64,000 bases of DNA from Candidatus Woesearchaeota archaeon. GTDB taxonomy: Archaea > Nanobdellota > Nanobdellia > Woesearchaeales > DSVV01. Below the pieces are notes generated by a model. It searched no databases and was not told the DNA's origin. It was given only the letters and a program-made list of their open reading frames with translations. Positions 28,350-38,005 of the stretch are shown here, piece by piece (within the stretch, counting starts at the first letter, position 1; each line of letters starts with the position of its first letter). The stretch covers positions 9,038 to 73,037 of the forward strand of contig JAWABL010000003.1 in NCBI GenBank assembly GCA_038884615.1. The letters run 5' to 3'. The translations under genes and the position numbers were made by a program.

Positions 28350-28930
28350 TATAAAAGTGACCTCCTTCCCGCATTAAAGTGCGGGGCTTCCGGTGAAGTG
28401 GCTTAGGAGCTTTTGGTGTACATCCATTTGCTTCCGGATGTAGTTGTCAACGGTTTCTACAGTGTTATACCCCACACTGCTCACGAACGCACAGGGACTG
28501 AAGAAAGGTCCTCGATGATAACGTAACCGAAACTTTGGCTGCCGTCTGAACAGCTGATAGCTCAAGTTTCCTTTCAGCAACTGCAACACCTTTCTGACTC
28601 ATACTCGGTGAGCTTCAACACTCATGTGTATGTGCTCTGGCATCACGAATAGCTCCCTTATTGTGATGTGATACCTGTCTGCTGTCTCTCTCAAAATTTC
28701 CTCGCAAAGATTTTTATACTTGTCCTGCTCAAACATCTTGTACAAGTACTTTGTGCGCATATTGTTTCAGTTCCATCTTGCTCGCCTTGGGCGAGCAAAA
28801 GCTCACGCTAACTTGAATTGGATGGTGCGTGGCGCGAAAATCCGCTCGCCACGCTTTTTTATTTTTGTACTAGAAAAAGCTTTTGAGCCATTCATCTCAC
28901 GCACTAAAGTGCGGAGATTTCTGGTTCATA
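28350..28930 (-). mobile_element. Decayed IS200/IS605-family element (~580 bp): subterminal hairpins at both ends and a tnpA disrupted by an in-frame TGA
   Basis: Similar hairpins CCCGCA-TTAAAG-TGCGGG (28367-28384) and CGCAC-TAAA-GTGCG (28900-28913) bracket a Y1 HuH transposase gene. A 9-bp perfect hairpin TTGCTCGCC-TTG-GGCGAGCAA (28778-28798) lies just upstream of the tnpA ATG. GC content is clearly higher than the surroundings. Confidence 0.6.
28374..28760 (-). pseudogene. tnpA: IS200-like tnpA (HuH Y1 transposase) with an in-frame TGA at 28599-28601
   Basis: Translation from the ATG at 28760 gives MRTKYLYKMFEQDKYKNLCEEILRETADRYHITIRELFVMPEHIHMSVEAHRV, then TGA, then VRKVLQLLKGNLSYQLFRRQPKFRLRYHRGPFFSPCAFVSSVGYNTVETVDNYIRKQ. 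This matches the IS200 TnpA HuH motif, the LKGKSS motif, and the W..GYFV.TVG...E.I..YI.NQ motif containing the catalytic Tyr. Confidence 0.65.
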
Positions 28931-29031
28931 TTTGTTAATATAAAATAGATATAAAATAAAAATATTTATATAAACAAAATAAAGGATGTAAATGTAAAAA
29001 AGAGTATAATTGAAAAATAGATAATCAAAAA

Positions 29032-30303
29032 ATGCATAAAAATGGACAGGTAACTATATTTATTATTATAGGAATTATTATTTTAAGTTTGCTTGCACTC
29101 ATTCTAACTGAGATTAGACCTGGTGTAGAGAAAGAAGAGATTATATCAAGCAATTTGCAGTTTATAGAGAGAGTGAAAACCCACATAGGAGAGTGTTCTC
29201 AGAAAACTCTTGAGCATGCTGTATATTTCACAGGAATGCAGGGAGGATATACACATCCGCCAAATGAGCCAACACCAATGGAGTTTGATGGATACATAGT
29301 TCCATTTTATCTGTTCAACAATGAAACATACATCCCAGATAATGAATTATTAGAGAAAGAGATGGAGTCATATGTAATTGAGCATATAGATGAATGTGTG
29401 AAAGGACAACACACTTTAAATTACTCAGGGTACAAATACAAAACAGGAGCAGTAAAAGCAGAGATAGTTATAACTCAAAACAAAATAAAGATGAGAATGG
29501 AGTATCCGATGGAGTTTTTTACCAACAAAACAAGCTTCAAAATAAGCGACAGTTACTTTTCAGAATTAAGATTTGATTATGCCAAAAAAATAAATCTATT
29601 CCAAGAGATTGTTGAACAGTTAAAAAAAGAGCAGAAAACAATTCCGCTTGGGATACTGGGTGATTTATCAGAAAAAGAAAATTTCAAGTTTGGCATAGTG
29701 GATATAGGGCTTGGAAATAATATCATATACTTTGTATTCAATGAGTCTATAAGCCCAGGAAAACCGTACCTGCATATATTTGCATTTACAAGAGAAGCAA
29801 TTTATGAGAATTTAGCACCCCATGTATTTGTTGAGAAAAAAGCGGTTGTTGGTTACCCCTTTCATATGCAAATCAACATAAGTCCGCCATTTTCTGACAC
29901 TACAGACCTTTTTGAGATAAATACAACAACAGGAGAGATTGATTTTACCCCTAAGGAGGAAGATGTAGGCGAACATTTTGTATATCTGGAAGGGAGAAAT
30001 AAAGAGAGCATTACTCTTAAATTGAGCATATTGCCTGCGAAAAGTGAGCTGGCAATAAAGGATATTGGAACAAAAGAATGCAGTGTAGGTGCCGAATGTA
30101 TGATTAACATTTCAGTAGAAAGCAACGAAACGCATAAAGTATTTTTCATTGTTAACAGCACTCTTGATATGGGTGACACAACTAATGGCATAATCAGCTT
30201 TGTTCCTGATAAGTCTCAAAAAGGCATACATCGTGTAAGGGTCGATGCGTACAGTAGTGCAGGGTCGCACGATTTTGAATTTTTCAATATAATAATAGAG
30301 TAG
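29032..30303 (+). CDS. Secreted or membrane-anchored protein (423 aa) with a pilin-like N-terminal hydrophobic segment and C-terminal Ig-like beta domains. Its N-terminal ~250-aa module is paralogous to that of the 57309-61094 protein.
   Basis: N-terminus MHKNGQVTIFIIIGIIILSLLALIL. Conserved blocks shared with the 57309 protein (I(G/E)(E/S)C, G(M/A)(Q/T)GG(Y/V)(T/Y)(H/N)P, VKAEIVI/VTAKISK). Confidence 0.6.
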   Translation: MHKNGQVTIFIIIGIIILSLLALILTEIRPGVEKEEIISSNLQFIERVKTHIGECSQKTLEHAVYFTGMQGGYTHPPNEPTPMEFDGYIVPFYLFNNETYIPDNELLEKEMESYVIEHIDECVKGQHTLNYSGYKYKTGAVKAEIVITQNKIKMRMEYPMEFFTNKTSFKISDSYFSELRFDYAKKINLFQEIVEQLKKEQKTIPLGILGDLSEKENFKFGIVDIGLGNNIIYFVFNESISPGKPYLHIFAFTREAIYENLAPHVFVEKKAVVGYPFHMQINISPPFSDTTDLFEINTTTGEIDFTPKEEDVGEHFVYLEGRNKESITLKLSILPAKSELAIKDIGTKECSVGAECMINISVESNETHKVFFIVNSTLDMGDTTNGIISFVPDKSQKGIHRVRVDAYSSAGSHDFEFFNIIIE

Positions 30304-30382
30304 TGGTATAATAAGAAGGAATAATGAGCAGAAAAAGTAAGCATGACAACAAAAAAGTGATAATCCTAACAAAAGAAGCACA

Positions 30383-33300
30383 ATGAAAATGAAAAAAAAG
30401 AAACTAAACATTATAGCTTGGTCTTTGCTGTTTATAATAACCTTGCTAATAACAAACGCACAGGAAAGTAATTTAGAAGAGAATACAAAAGCGGAGTATA
30501 ATGGGCTTATCTTTGGTACTGCACAGCAAGAGATAGTTACAAACCCAAGTGGAGATATTGTGTTAAGCGGAGGAGTACAAGTGGAGGTCTTGCCTACTTT
30601 CTCAGGAACTTTAATTGGTGGCTTTGGCGGCTGCATAATAAAAGCCGAAGGCACTACACTGATTCTTATAGAAAGATCAGTTGTGAAGATTAAAAATGGA
30701 AAAATAACCGAGATAATAAACGCGGATGTGAATGAGGAAGCGGTTTTAGCAGGCCACAAAGTTATTGGCAAAAGTATAAGTTTGATTTCGGATACGATTA
30801 GGTGTGGAGTGTCATGCACAATCGACGGTGTTCATATTAAAAATTTAAATCCAGAACAGCCACTCAAAATCTCTTTTTCTGAACAAGGTTTCTTGCTTGA
30901 ACCTGCATCCGTCAGCACAACTGCTGAAATTAATGGAGCGCGCATAAGACTCCATTATGGAAGTAGTATTAGCATAAATGATGGAAAGATTGCAGGATTC
31001 AAACTTGTCGACATACTTGACTCCGTGAACATTAATGGTTTTGATATCAAAGGGAATAAGCTAAGCTACAGCAAAGGTGAAATAAGTTTTTATAGGATTT
31101 CTATAAATCGCCTTAATTTTCAGTCTGGGTACTCCATTGAAGAAAATGTTAAAAATGTAATAACCTTATATGGCAATGGAGAGTTTGCTATCAAGAACGC
31201 AAACATGATTTATCAAACAAACAGAGAAGGAGAGGTTATAAGGCTTTATGAAGCAGGAGATTATCTTTTCTCAGGAGATAGTGAGGTAGAGTTTACCGCA
31301 CAAAACGCTAATTTTAGTGTTTATAATATAGCTGATAGCGTTATAAGGGTTACTGGAGTAACAGAATCAACAAAATTTTTTATTGGCGAATCACCCGAAA
31401 AAAATAGCTGCGGACAAGAAAAAAACTGCGTTGAGTTTACAAGCGCCCAAACATTATATTCCTCGCTTGAAAAGAAGAATAAAATAGAAATAAGTGGATA
31501 CTCAGACAGTTTCCCATTTAGGCTCGTAGACTCGCGAATCTCTGAAGATGCAGAGTTTTCTGTTGGTTCACAGAAGTTTTTATTTACGCAGAGAAATATG
31601 CAAGAGAGCATATCGGATACCGTGCTTCCAAAAGATTTAAATGCAATTATAATAAGGGATGAAAATGGCGGAAGGGTTATTGACTCTACAAGCTATACTG
31701 GCGTTTATGAAGAAATGAATGGAGAGAAGATTGCTTCATTCTCTGCCGAAGTAATGTCAAAAGTTTTAAGGGAACATGAAGAGAGACTGGGATTTTCTAT
31801 AGATAAGTTTCTAGTTGCTCAAGAGAACATAGATTCATTGCAGAAACAGGGCGTAGAAAAAGAGATAATAGATTTCGTACTTGAGTTATATAGGAATCCG
31901 GTATATCTGCTCAGCAAAGATGATATCTCATTCTTGGGGACTTACCTTAACAGGATAAATAAGGAGCACTCTTTTGCGTATGATGTTGTTAGGGAGTATA
32001 TTTTGAGAGAGAGAGAGTACAACGCCAATATCATTGATGAGCTTATCAACCTATACAAGGAAATGCCTAATAGCAGATTCTCAAGGGAGTTAATAACACA
32101 AATGAAACCAAGAGAGTTTTTAAGCCTTGATGCATTAAAGGACCTTGTTGATTTTTCAAAGGAAGAAGATGTCACAAAAATAAGTGACCTCTATTTTGAA
32201 ACAGGAGGAATTCGTGCAATGTCAGACCTTGCTTACCTGGCTAAAACTCATGAGGTAGGTGTCCATAGCTCGGATGACTTTTTTCATTTTATATATACAA
32301 TAATTGACTCCGGCTATGACAAACCGCCTGATTTAGCTTACCCTCCTGAAAAAATGAGGGATATGTACAGATTTTATCTGTACACAGCAAAAGACATGGA
32401 GAGGCTCGCTGTAAGAAAAGAGGGAGATCTTGCACCTGTTACCACATTTTTAGCACTTGAGTTATACATGAAACCGCTGGAAAAAGGGGATGAAAACACC
32501 CTCAATGCATTAAATGAGTTCAGCAACGGACAAGTAGAGTTTGATAGCATGTTATTTAAAAGTAAACCATCCTTTAAAGTGCTTCCTACAGGCCTTCTTG
32601 AGTATAAAGGAGAACCAATTGAGTATAAGAATTTAGACCCCTTAAAGAGGGTGGTTAGTTATATGGACTCTGTTGCTCTTGATGAATCAGTGTCTATTGA
32701 AGAGAGGGAAACACTGTCAGACTATCTTATGTATAAGTCACAGTCACTCTATTTGTATTTGAACGGCTTGCATAACAATAAAAATTTGCGAGAGGAGTTT
32801 GTTAAAAAAATCCCACCTGAATTGTTATTTTACATGATTGCATCATCAGAAAACAATTTTGGAACAATAAGTTATCCAAGCGGACCGCCACAGGTGTATC
32901 CAAGCAGTGAAGAGGTTGTATTGAATTACTATAAAAGCAAAGTAAATCCTCTTCAAGATGCTCTAAAGTATGAAGGACTTCCTGCCTATTCTAATTTTGT
33001 ATACACTCTATCTGACAGAAAACAGATAGACGGATTACTGATAGAAGCGTCACCAGAGGTACAAAGGCATTACACAGAATTTCTTCTTGAAGAGGTTACT
33101 AATCCTAAAGAGAGCGAAGAAGATTATTACAGCAGGACAAAAGTCGCGACTTTAACAATCGGAAGGATTCTGAAGAATGATAAGCAGGAAACCGCAGAGA
33201 CAAGAGAGATGCTTAAAGATGAGATTATCAGTGCGTTAACATCTGATGATTCAAACCTATATTTGCAGTATCTCGTTTTAGACAATAAGAATATTTTTTC

Positions 33301-34084
33301 AGAAGAGGAACTTGATTTATTAGGCTACGACAAAGAGAAGGAAGATTTTCCTAGCTTTGCTCAAAATGTAAAGGATGCTTTTGCATCCAAAAATATTGAT
33401 ATCAAGAGGCTAATTCGAAAGGAAAATGATGGGAGCTATATTTTGCCTTCTGCTATATTCTTCGGCTCACTTCATGAAAAGCAGGAGCAGTACCATTATG
33501 ATAACCTAATTAAAACACTGAAAGAAGATGGCTTTAAGGAGGTGTATCTTAAAGATGTAGAGGAATATTCAGGAAAAAAAATTTCATATGTGCAATTTGA
33601 AAAGATAGTGCCTGTTACATATGAAGATTCTGACGGGGGTCATATTTTAAATGTTAAGATTAAAGTTAATCTGTATCCTAGGATAGCAAGTGAATCGGAC
33701 GAAGTCCCAACAATTGTTTCAACCCGCGGACATGTAGGGACTTCAGCGGCCACATTAGAAAGTTTTCAAGATAAGACGGCACCCGAATTAGTCATCTTTG
33801 GAGGATGCTATGAGTACAGAGACGCTTTTAAGTTTTTCAGCGAATATTCTAATATGCAAATGGCATACGCAACAACTGGAACAGGTAGAGGAGAGATAAA
33901 TAACTACATATTAACAGGTGTCTTTGAAGCTATACAAAAAGGCATTACAGATAGGGAGAAAATGGCGCAGTTTATTGATTCATATGTTCAGACAAAAATA
34001 AAAATGCGCAGTGATCTTAGATTGGCTTTTGAAAGCTACTCACAAGTACCGCAACTGGCAAAAATAAGATATAGTGAAGAATAG
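30383..34084 (+). CDS. Large secreted protein (1233 aa): Sec signal peptide, N-terminal beta-rich ~400 aa, then a long alpha-helical Tyr/Glu/Lys/Leu-rich region. Function unknown.
   Basis: Signal peptide MKMKKKKLNIIAWSLLFIITLLITNAQ. No TM anchor and no recognisable catalytic motifs. Confidence 0.65.
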   Translation: MKMKKKKLNIIAWSLLFIITLLITNAQESNLEENTKAEYNGLIFGTAQQEIVTNPSGDIVLSGGVQVEVLPTFSGTLIGGFGGCIIKAEGTTLILIERSVVKIKNGKITEIINADVNEEAVLAGHKVIGKSISLISDTIRCGVSCTIDGVHIKNLNPEQPLKISFSEQGFLLEPASVSTTAEINGARIRLHYGSSISINDGKIAGFKLVDILDSVNINGFDIKGNKLSYSKGEISFYRISINRLNFQSGYSIEENVKNVITLYGNGEFAIKNANMIYQTNREGEVIRLYEAGDYLFSGDSEVEFTAQNANFSVYNIADSVIRVTGVTESTKFFIGESPEKNSCGQEKNCVEFTSAQTLYSSLEKKNKIEISGYSDSFPFRLVDSRISEDAEFSVGSQKFLFTQRNMQESISDTVLPKDLNAIIIRDENGGRVIDSTSYTGVYEEMNGEKIASFSAEVMSKVLREHEERLGFSIDKFLVAQENIDSLQKQGVEKEIIDFVLELYRNPVYLLSKDDISFLGTYLNRINKEHSFAYDVVREYILREREYNANIIDELINLYKEMPNSRFSRELITQMKPREFLSLDALKDLVDFSKEEDVTKISDLYFETGGIRAMSDLAYLAKTHEVGVHSSDDFFHFIYTIIDSGYDKPPDLAYPPEKMRDMYRFYLYTAKDMERLAVRKEGDLAPVTTFLALELYMKPLEKGDENTLNALNEFSNGQVEFDSMLFKSKPSFKVLPTGLLEYKGEPIEYKNLDPLKRVVSYMDSVALDESVSIEERETLSDYLMYKSQSLYLYLNGLHNNKNLREEFVKKIPPELLFYMIASSENNFGTISYPSGPPQVYPSSEEVVLNYYKSKVNPLQDALKYEGLPAYSNFVYTLSDRKQIDGLLIEASPEVQRHYTEFLLEEVTNPKESEEDYYSRTKVATLTIGRILKNDKQETAETREMLKDEIISALTSDDSNLYLQYLVLDNKNIFSEEELDLLGYDKEKEDFPSFAQNVKDAFASKNIDIKRLIRKENDGSYILPSAIFFGSLHEKQEQYHYDNLIKTLKEDGFKEVYLKDVEEYSGKKISYVQFEKIVPVTYEDSDGGHILNVKIKVNLYPRIASESDEVPTIVSTRGHVGTSAATLESFQDKTAPELVIFGGCYEYRDAFKFFSEYSNMQMAYATTGTGRGEINNYILTGVFEAIQKGITDREKMAQFIDSYVQTKIKMRSDLRLAFESYSQVPQLAKIRYSEE

Positions 34085-34251
34085 GATGAACAAGTTTTCT
34101 TTTGTATTTTACTATCTTTGTATTTTCTGTATATTATTAAGTATGTATAAATACTCAATAGGTGTATATAACAAAGTAGTAGATAACAAATTAAGAAAGG
34201 ATATAATAAAAAATATAATAAATGTTTATAGTAAGTGTTTATAAAAAGAAT

Positions 34252-35178
34252 TTATTTTCTTATCATATCGTCTGACAAAAATACTGAAAGCCAGTTTCTA
34301 TCTACACTGTTTGCCTTAAATTCTTCCCTTAGTCCTGTTCCATACCTAACTACAGTAACGGTTGTGCCCACATCAACTAAAGAAAACAAATCATCTATAT
34401 CCTCGTTTGAAAGTGCAAAACATCCGTGTGTCCAGTTGCTTCCGCCATAATTTCCGGGTTTGCCGCTTCCCCCTCCGTGAATTTCAATTTGCCCTCCAAT
34501 AGAAGTATTTTTTGCGATGACTCCTCTTTTTCTTAAATCGGCAAACCGTTCAAGGTTGGATTTATTTGGATAGTTAATAAGGAGTGCTTTATAAAAAACA
34601 GTTTGGCCCTTATCTTTCTTAGCTAAAATTGAGTATTTTCCTTCTGGAGACCTATAATCGCCTTCCTGTTGCTTATCAAATATTGGGTCATAGCCAAGTT
34701 CCAAAGGATACTGCCTTATTACCTGCCCATCCTTTAAAAGAGAGAGTGTATATTCCGACTTATCAATGATTATTGCACTTTGCTTAGTTCTTAATGAATA
34801 CCCCATTGCTTCATTAATCCATGACAAGTATTTCGTCAAATCTGAGTTATTAAATTCATATATGATGGCCATGTTCCTAGCATAACTTCTCCATTCATTA
34901 TCAATTATTCTTTTTTTTAAATCCTCAAACAACTCTCCAGACAGGTTTACCTTGTCTGAAAGTTCTTTTTCCGTTATATTTTTTAAAGTAGATTGTGGCT
35001 TACCACCAGAATTTGGAAAAAAGGTATTTGACTCTTTTAAATCAGGTTTATTAGTGCCAATAAAGTTAATACTATATTTATTAAGTGTAGACATACCTAA
35101 ATAAAGTAGTCCGGCAATGCAGCCAGCACTTATTGCAGCCCCTAAACCATTAGTGATATAATCTTTCATATTTTTCAT
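34252..35178 (-). CDS. L,D-transpeptidase (YkuD) domain protein with an N-terminal membrane anchor
   Basis: Catalytic motif IHGGGSGKPGNYGGSNWTHGCFALSNEDIDDL (His...Cys of the YkuD fold). N-terminal TM GLGAAISAGCIAGLLYLGM. Confidence 0.75.
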   Translation of the reverse strand: MKNMKDYITNGLGAAISAGCIAGLLYLGMSTLNKYSINFIGTNKPDLKESNTFFPNSGGKPQSTLKNITEKELSDKVNLSGELFEDLKKRIIDNEWRSYARNMAIIYEFNNSDLTKYLSWINEAMGYSLRTKQSAIIIDKSEYTLSLLKDGQVIRQYPLELGYDPIFDKQQEGDYRSPEGKYSILAKKDKGQTVFYKALLINYPNKSNLERFADLRKRGVIAKNTSIGGQIEIHGGGSGKPGNYGGSNWTHGCFALSNEDIDDLFSLVDVGTTVTVVRYGTGLREEFKANSVDRNWLSVFLSDDMIRK

Positions 35179-35550
35179 ATTATAACTAATAAATACACTA
35201 CTTATTTATAAATTTTTTGTTACTTTAAGGTGGTAATTTATATAGAAAGAGAGAATTAAAAAGGGATTGACAGGTATTTTTAAGTGGCGTTGCGTATGAA
35301 TTAGAAAAGTTATTTTTATTGATGTAATTTTTGAACGATGTAAGTGCAGTGTGACACAATGATACGGTATAATTCAGGTATTAAAAGGTCCAATATAAAA
35401 ATAAGAAAGCTAACAAAACTTTTATAAACACTTCAGAAATCCAACAAATGCCTTTAAAATTAAGAATATGATGATACAATGGGAGCCTGTTGTATATCAT
35501 TTTATATCACTTTGTTATTATAAGTTAATATCATAAGTCAATGGTTTTAA

Positions 35551-35877
35551 GTGGTGATTAGGATGGACAAGAAGATAAAAGAGATTCTCAAAAGCGAGGA
35601 CGATGCTGAAAAGATTCTTGAAAAAGCCAAATATGAAGCTGAGAAGATAATTGCGTCTGCAAAAAAGGAAGCATTGACTAAAGCAGAAGAGAGAGAAAGA
35701 AAGCTTGTTTCGCAGAGGGATGCAGAGATTAAAAAAGCCAAGGAAGAGGCAAAAAAAGAGAGGGATACAATCATAATAAAGACAAAAGAAGAGATAAAGG
35801 CTATTGAAAAAAGAAGCCTTGCAAACCAAAAGAAGGCCGCAGACTATCTTATTCAGAGTATTATAAAAGAAAAATAA
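35551..35877 (+). CDS. atpH: A-type ATP synthase subunit H
   Basis: 108-aa charged coiled-coil protein (KEEAKKERD...). First gene of the A1Ao operon. Confidence 0.75.
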   Translation: MVIRMDKKIKEILKSEDDAEKILEKAKYEAEKIIASAKKEALTKAEERERKLVSQRDAEIKKAKEEAKKERDTIIIKTKEEIKAIEKRSLANQKKAADYLIQSIIKEK

Positions 35878-35888
35878 AAACAAGGAAA

Positions 35889-37763
35889 ATGCTTAAGCCT
35901 GAACGAATGGCTAAGGTGCGGATTGTCTGCACCAAAGAGCACCTGAGAAGGATTGTAAAAGAACTGCACAATATGAAAGTTTTGCATATTGTAGAGCATA
36001 GAAAAGATGATGCTCTTGATATTGGAACACCTCTAGAAGAGGCACAGCGTCTTTCAGAAATAATTATAAAGATTCGCAGCATAATAAGCTACTTAGACTT
36101 AGCAAATTTCAAGCCAAGTGAAGAAGACTATGAGGAATTTGTCGCCAAAAAAGGAACCTGCGATTTGAAGAGTATAGGCAATGCCGCAAAAGAGGTTCAT
36201 GAGCAGATAGTAGAGAGACTTAACAGAGAAAAGGAGTTAAACGCGGAAATTCAAAGGCTTACAAGGTTAGCAGAAGATATGGAGATGCTCTCGGCTTTAA
36301 ATCTTGAACCGACAACATTTAGGGACTCCAAGGTTATATCCTCTTTTTTCGGCACAATTGGAAGCTTAGTTGGTTTTGAAAAAGAAATAAAACAAAATAT
36401 AAAAAAGTTCTCGCTACATACTGCAGAGGTTAAAGGCAAGCAGGCAGTTGCTCTTTTTGTTAAAAACGAAGACAAACAAAAGGCACTACAGTTTCTTGGA
36501 AGCAGAAACTTCACAGAGATAAAGATAGATGCAACACTTAAAGGTTCTCCTGAAGAGCTTGCAAAAAAATTTCAAAAAAATATTGTAACAATTGAAGCTG
36601 AGAGAAAGGAAATCCTAAAAGAGATTAATAGTCTCCGAAGCGAATGGGCTAATTTTTTCGTGGTAAACGAAAAAAGGCTAAGCAAAGAGATTGAAAAAGC
36701 AGAAGCGCCATTGAAATTTGCAGAGTCAAGAAAAACAGCAATAATAACAGGATGGATTCCGGAGGAATCATATCAGGAAGTATTTGAAAAACTTAACGAG
36801 GTTACACAGACAAAGGTGTTCATAGAGTGCCTTAATTCGGATGGCGAACATGAGGTACCTATAAAGCTTAAACATAGCCAACCTGTAAAGAGCTTTGAAT
36901 GGTTTATGGACTTATACAGCCTGCCAAATTACGCTGAGATAGATCCGACACTATTTATGTTTGTAACATTTCCGATTTTTTTTGGTTTTATGCTCGGCGA
37001 TATTGGATATGGGCTTGTAACGCTAGCACTTTTTATTTTCCTTAGGAGTAAGATTCCTGAGGGAAGATTCCTATTAAATGCAATGATTTTAAGCTCGCTA
37101 TTTACAATTGCATTTGGCCTTGCTTATGGAGAGTTTTTCGGACTTGAAGAGATAGGCCATTTTGAACTGCCCCATCTTTTAAGCAGGACACATGAAATAA
37201 ACACTCTTCTTATTATAGCTGTTAGCATAGGCGCGTTTCATGTAACTTTTGGCCTTGTAATGGGGTTCATAAATGAGTTGCATCATGGCTTCAAGCGTGC
37301 ACTTCTAGAGAAGGGTTCGTGGCTAATTATGGAGGCTGGCATTGCTGTTCTTGCATTAAGCCTTGCAAAGATATTGCCGCTGCACTGGGCTACTGGAGCA
37401 ATTATTGCGGGACTTGGCGCAGTGATGCTGTTCTTTGGCGAGGGTATTAAAGGGGTCATTGAGCTTCCAACACTTTTTAGCCATATGCTTTCATACGCCA
37501 GGCTCATGGCTGTAGGGCTTGCATCTGTATTTCTCGCTGTCGTTGTAAACGAGTATAGTCTTGAATTCATCCATCAAGGAGGCGCAATGATTGTTGTAGG
37601 AATACTTATTATGATAATAGGGCACATCATTAATATAGCATTGGGCATAATAGGTCCTTTTTTGCACTCATTAAGGCTGCACTATGTGGAATTTTTTACT
37701 AAGTTCTACAAAGGCGGCGGAAAAAAATACGCGCCGTTTGGCGCACAAAATCAGGAGGTATGA
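35889..37763 (+). CDS. atpI: A-type ATP synthase subunit I (stator a-subunit)
   Basis: 624 aa: hydrophilic N-terminal half plus a polytopic C-terminal half, with the conserved C-terminal region (LRLHYVEFF..KFY.G.G..Y.PF). Confidence 0.9.
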   Translation: MLKPERMAKVRIVCTKEHLRRIVKELHNMKVLHIVEHRKDDALDIGTPLEEAQRLSEIIIKIRSIISYLDLANFKPSEEDYEEFVAKKGTCDLKSIGNAAKEVHEQIVERLNREKELNAEIQRLTRLAEDMEMLSALNLEPTTFRDSKVISSFFGTIGSLVGFEKEIKQNIKKFSLHTAEVKGKQAVALFVKNEDKQKALQFLGSRNFTEIKIDATLKGSPEELAKKFQKNIVTIEAERKEILKEINSLRSEWANFFVVNEKRLSKEIEKAEAPLKFAESRKTAIITGWIPEESYQEVFEKLNEVTQTKVFIECLNSDGEHEVPIKLKHSQPVKSFEWFMDLYSLPNYAEIDPTLFMFVTFPIFFGFMLGDIGYGLVTLALFIFLRSKIPEGRFLLNAMILSSLFTIAFGLAYGEFFGLEEIGHFELPHLLSRTHEINTLLIIAVSIGAFHVTFGLVMGFINELHHGFKRALLEKGSWLIMEAGIAVLALSLAKILPLHWATGAIIAGLGAVMLFFGEGIKGVIELPTLFSHMLSYARLMAVGLASVFLAVVVNEYSLEFIHQGGAMIVVGILIMIIGHIINIALGIIGPFLHSLRLHYVEFFTKFYKGGGKKYAPFGAQNQEV

Positions 37764-37996
37764 AAATGGCAGATATTGGAACTGGCTTGATTGCTGTAGG
37801 AGCTGGCCTTGCGGTCGGTTTAAGCGCGATTGCGGCTGGAGTTGCAGAACAGCAGATAGGTGCTGCAGCAGTGGGCGCTACCGCTGAGGATGAAAAGATG
37901 TTTGGTAAGGGGCTTATATTCACAGTAATACCTGAAACGCTTGTCATCTTCGGACTGGTTATAGCTATAATGCTGATAGGACTTATAGGCAAGTAG
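37760..37996 (+). CDS. atpK: A-type ATP synthase subunit K (proteolipid c)
   Basis: 78-aa two-helix proteolipid with GLAVGLSAIAAGVAEQQIG and an ion-binding Glu (IPETLVIFGLVIA). Confidence 0.9.
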   Translation: MKMADIGTGLIAVGAGLAVGLSAIAAGVAEQQIGAAAVGATAEDEKMFGKGLIFTVIPETLVIFGLVIAIMLIGLIGK

Positions 37997-38005
37997 GTGT
38001 AGCAA

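Noticed and set aside
28599-28601. In-frame TGA in the IS200-like tnpA as possible selenocysteine, or genetic-code reassignment
   Set aside because: Other genes in the window terminate at TGA (for example the ModE-like/moaA ATGA junction). No SECIS-like structure is apparent. A single nonsense mutation in a decaying IS is the simplest explanation.
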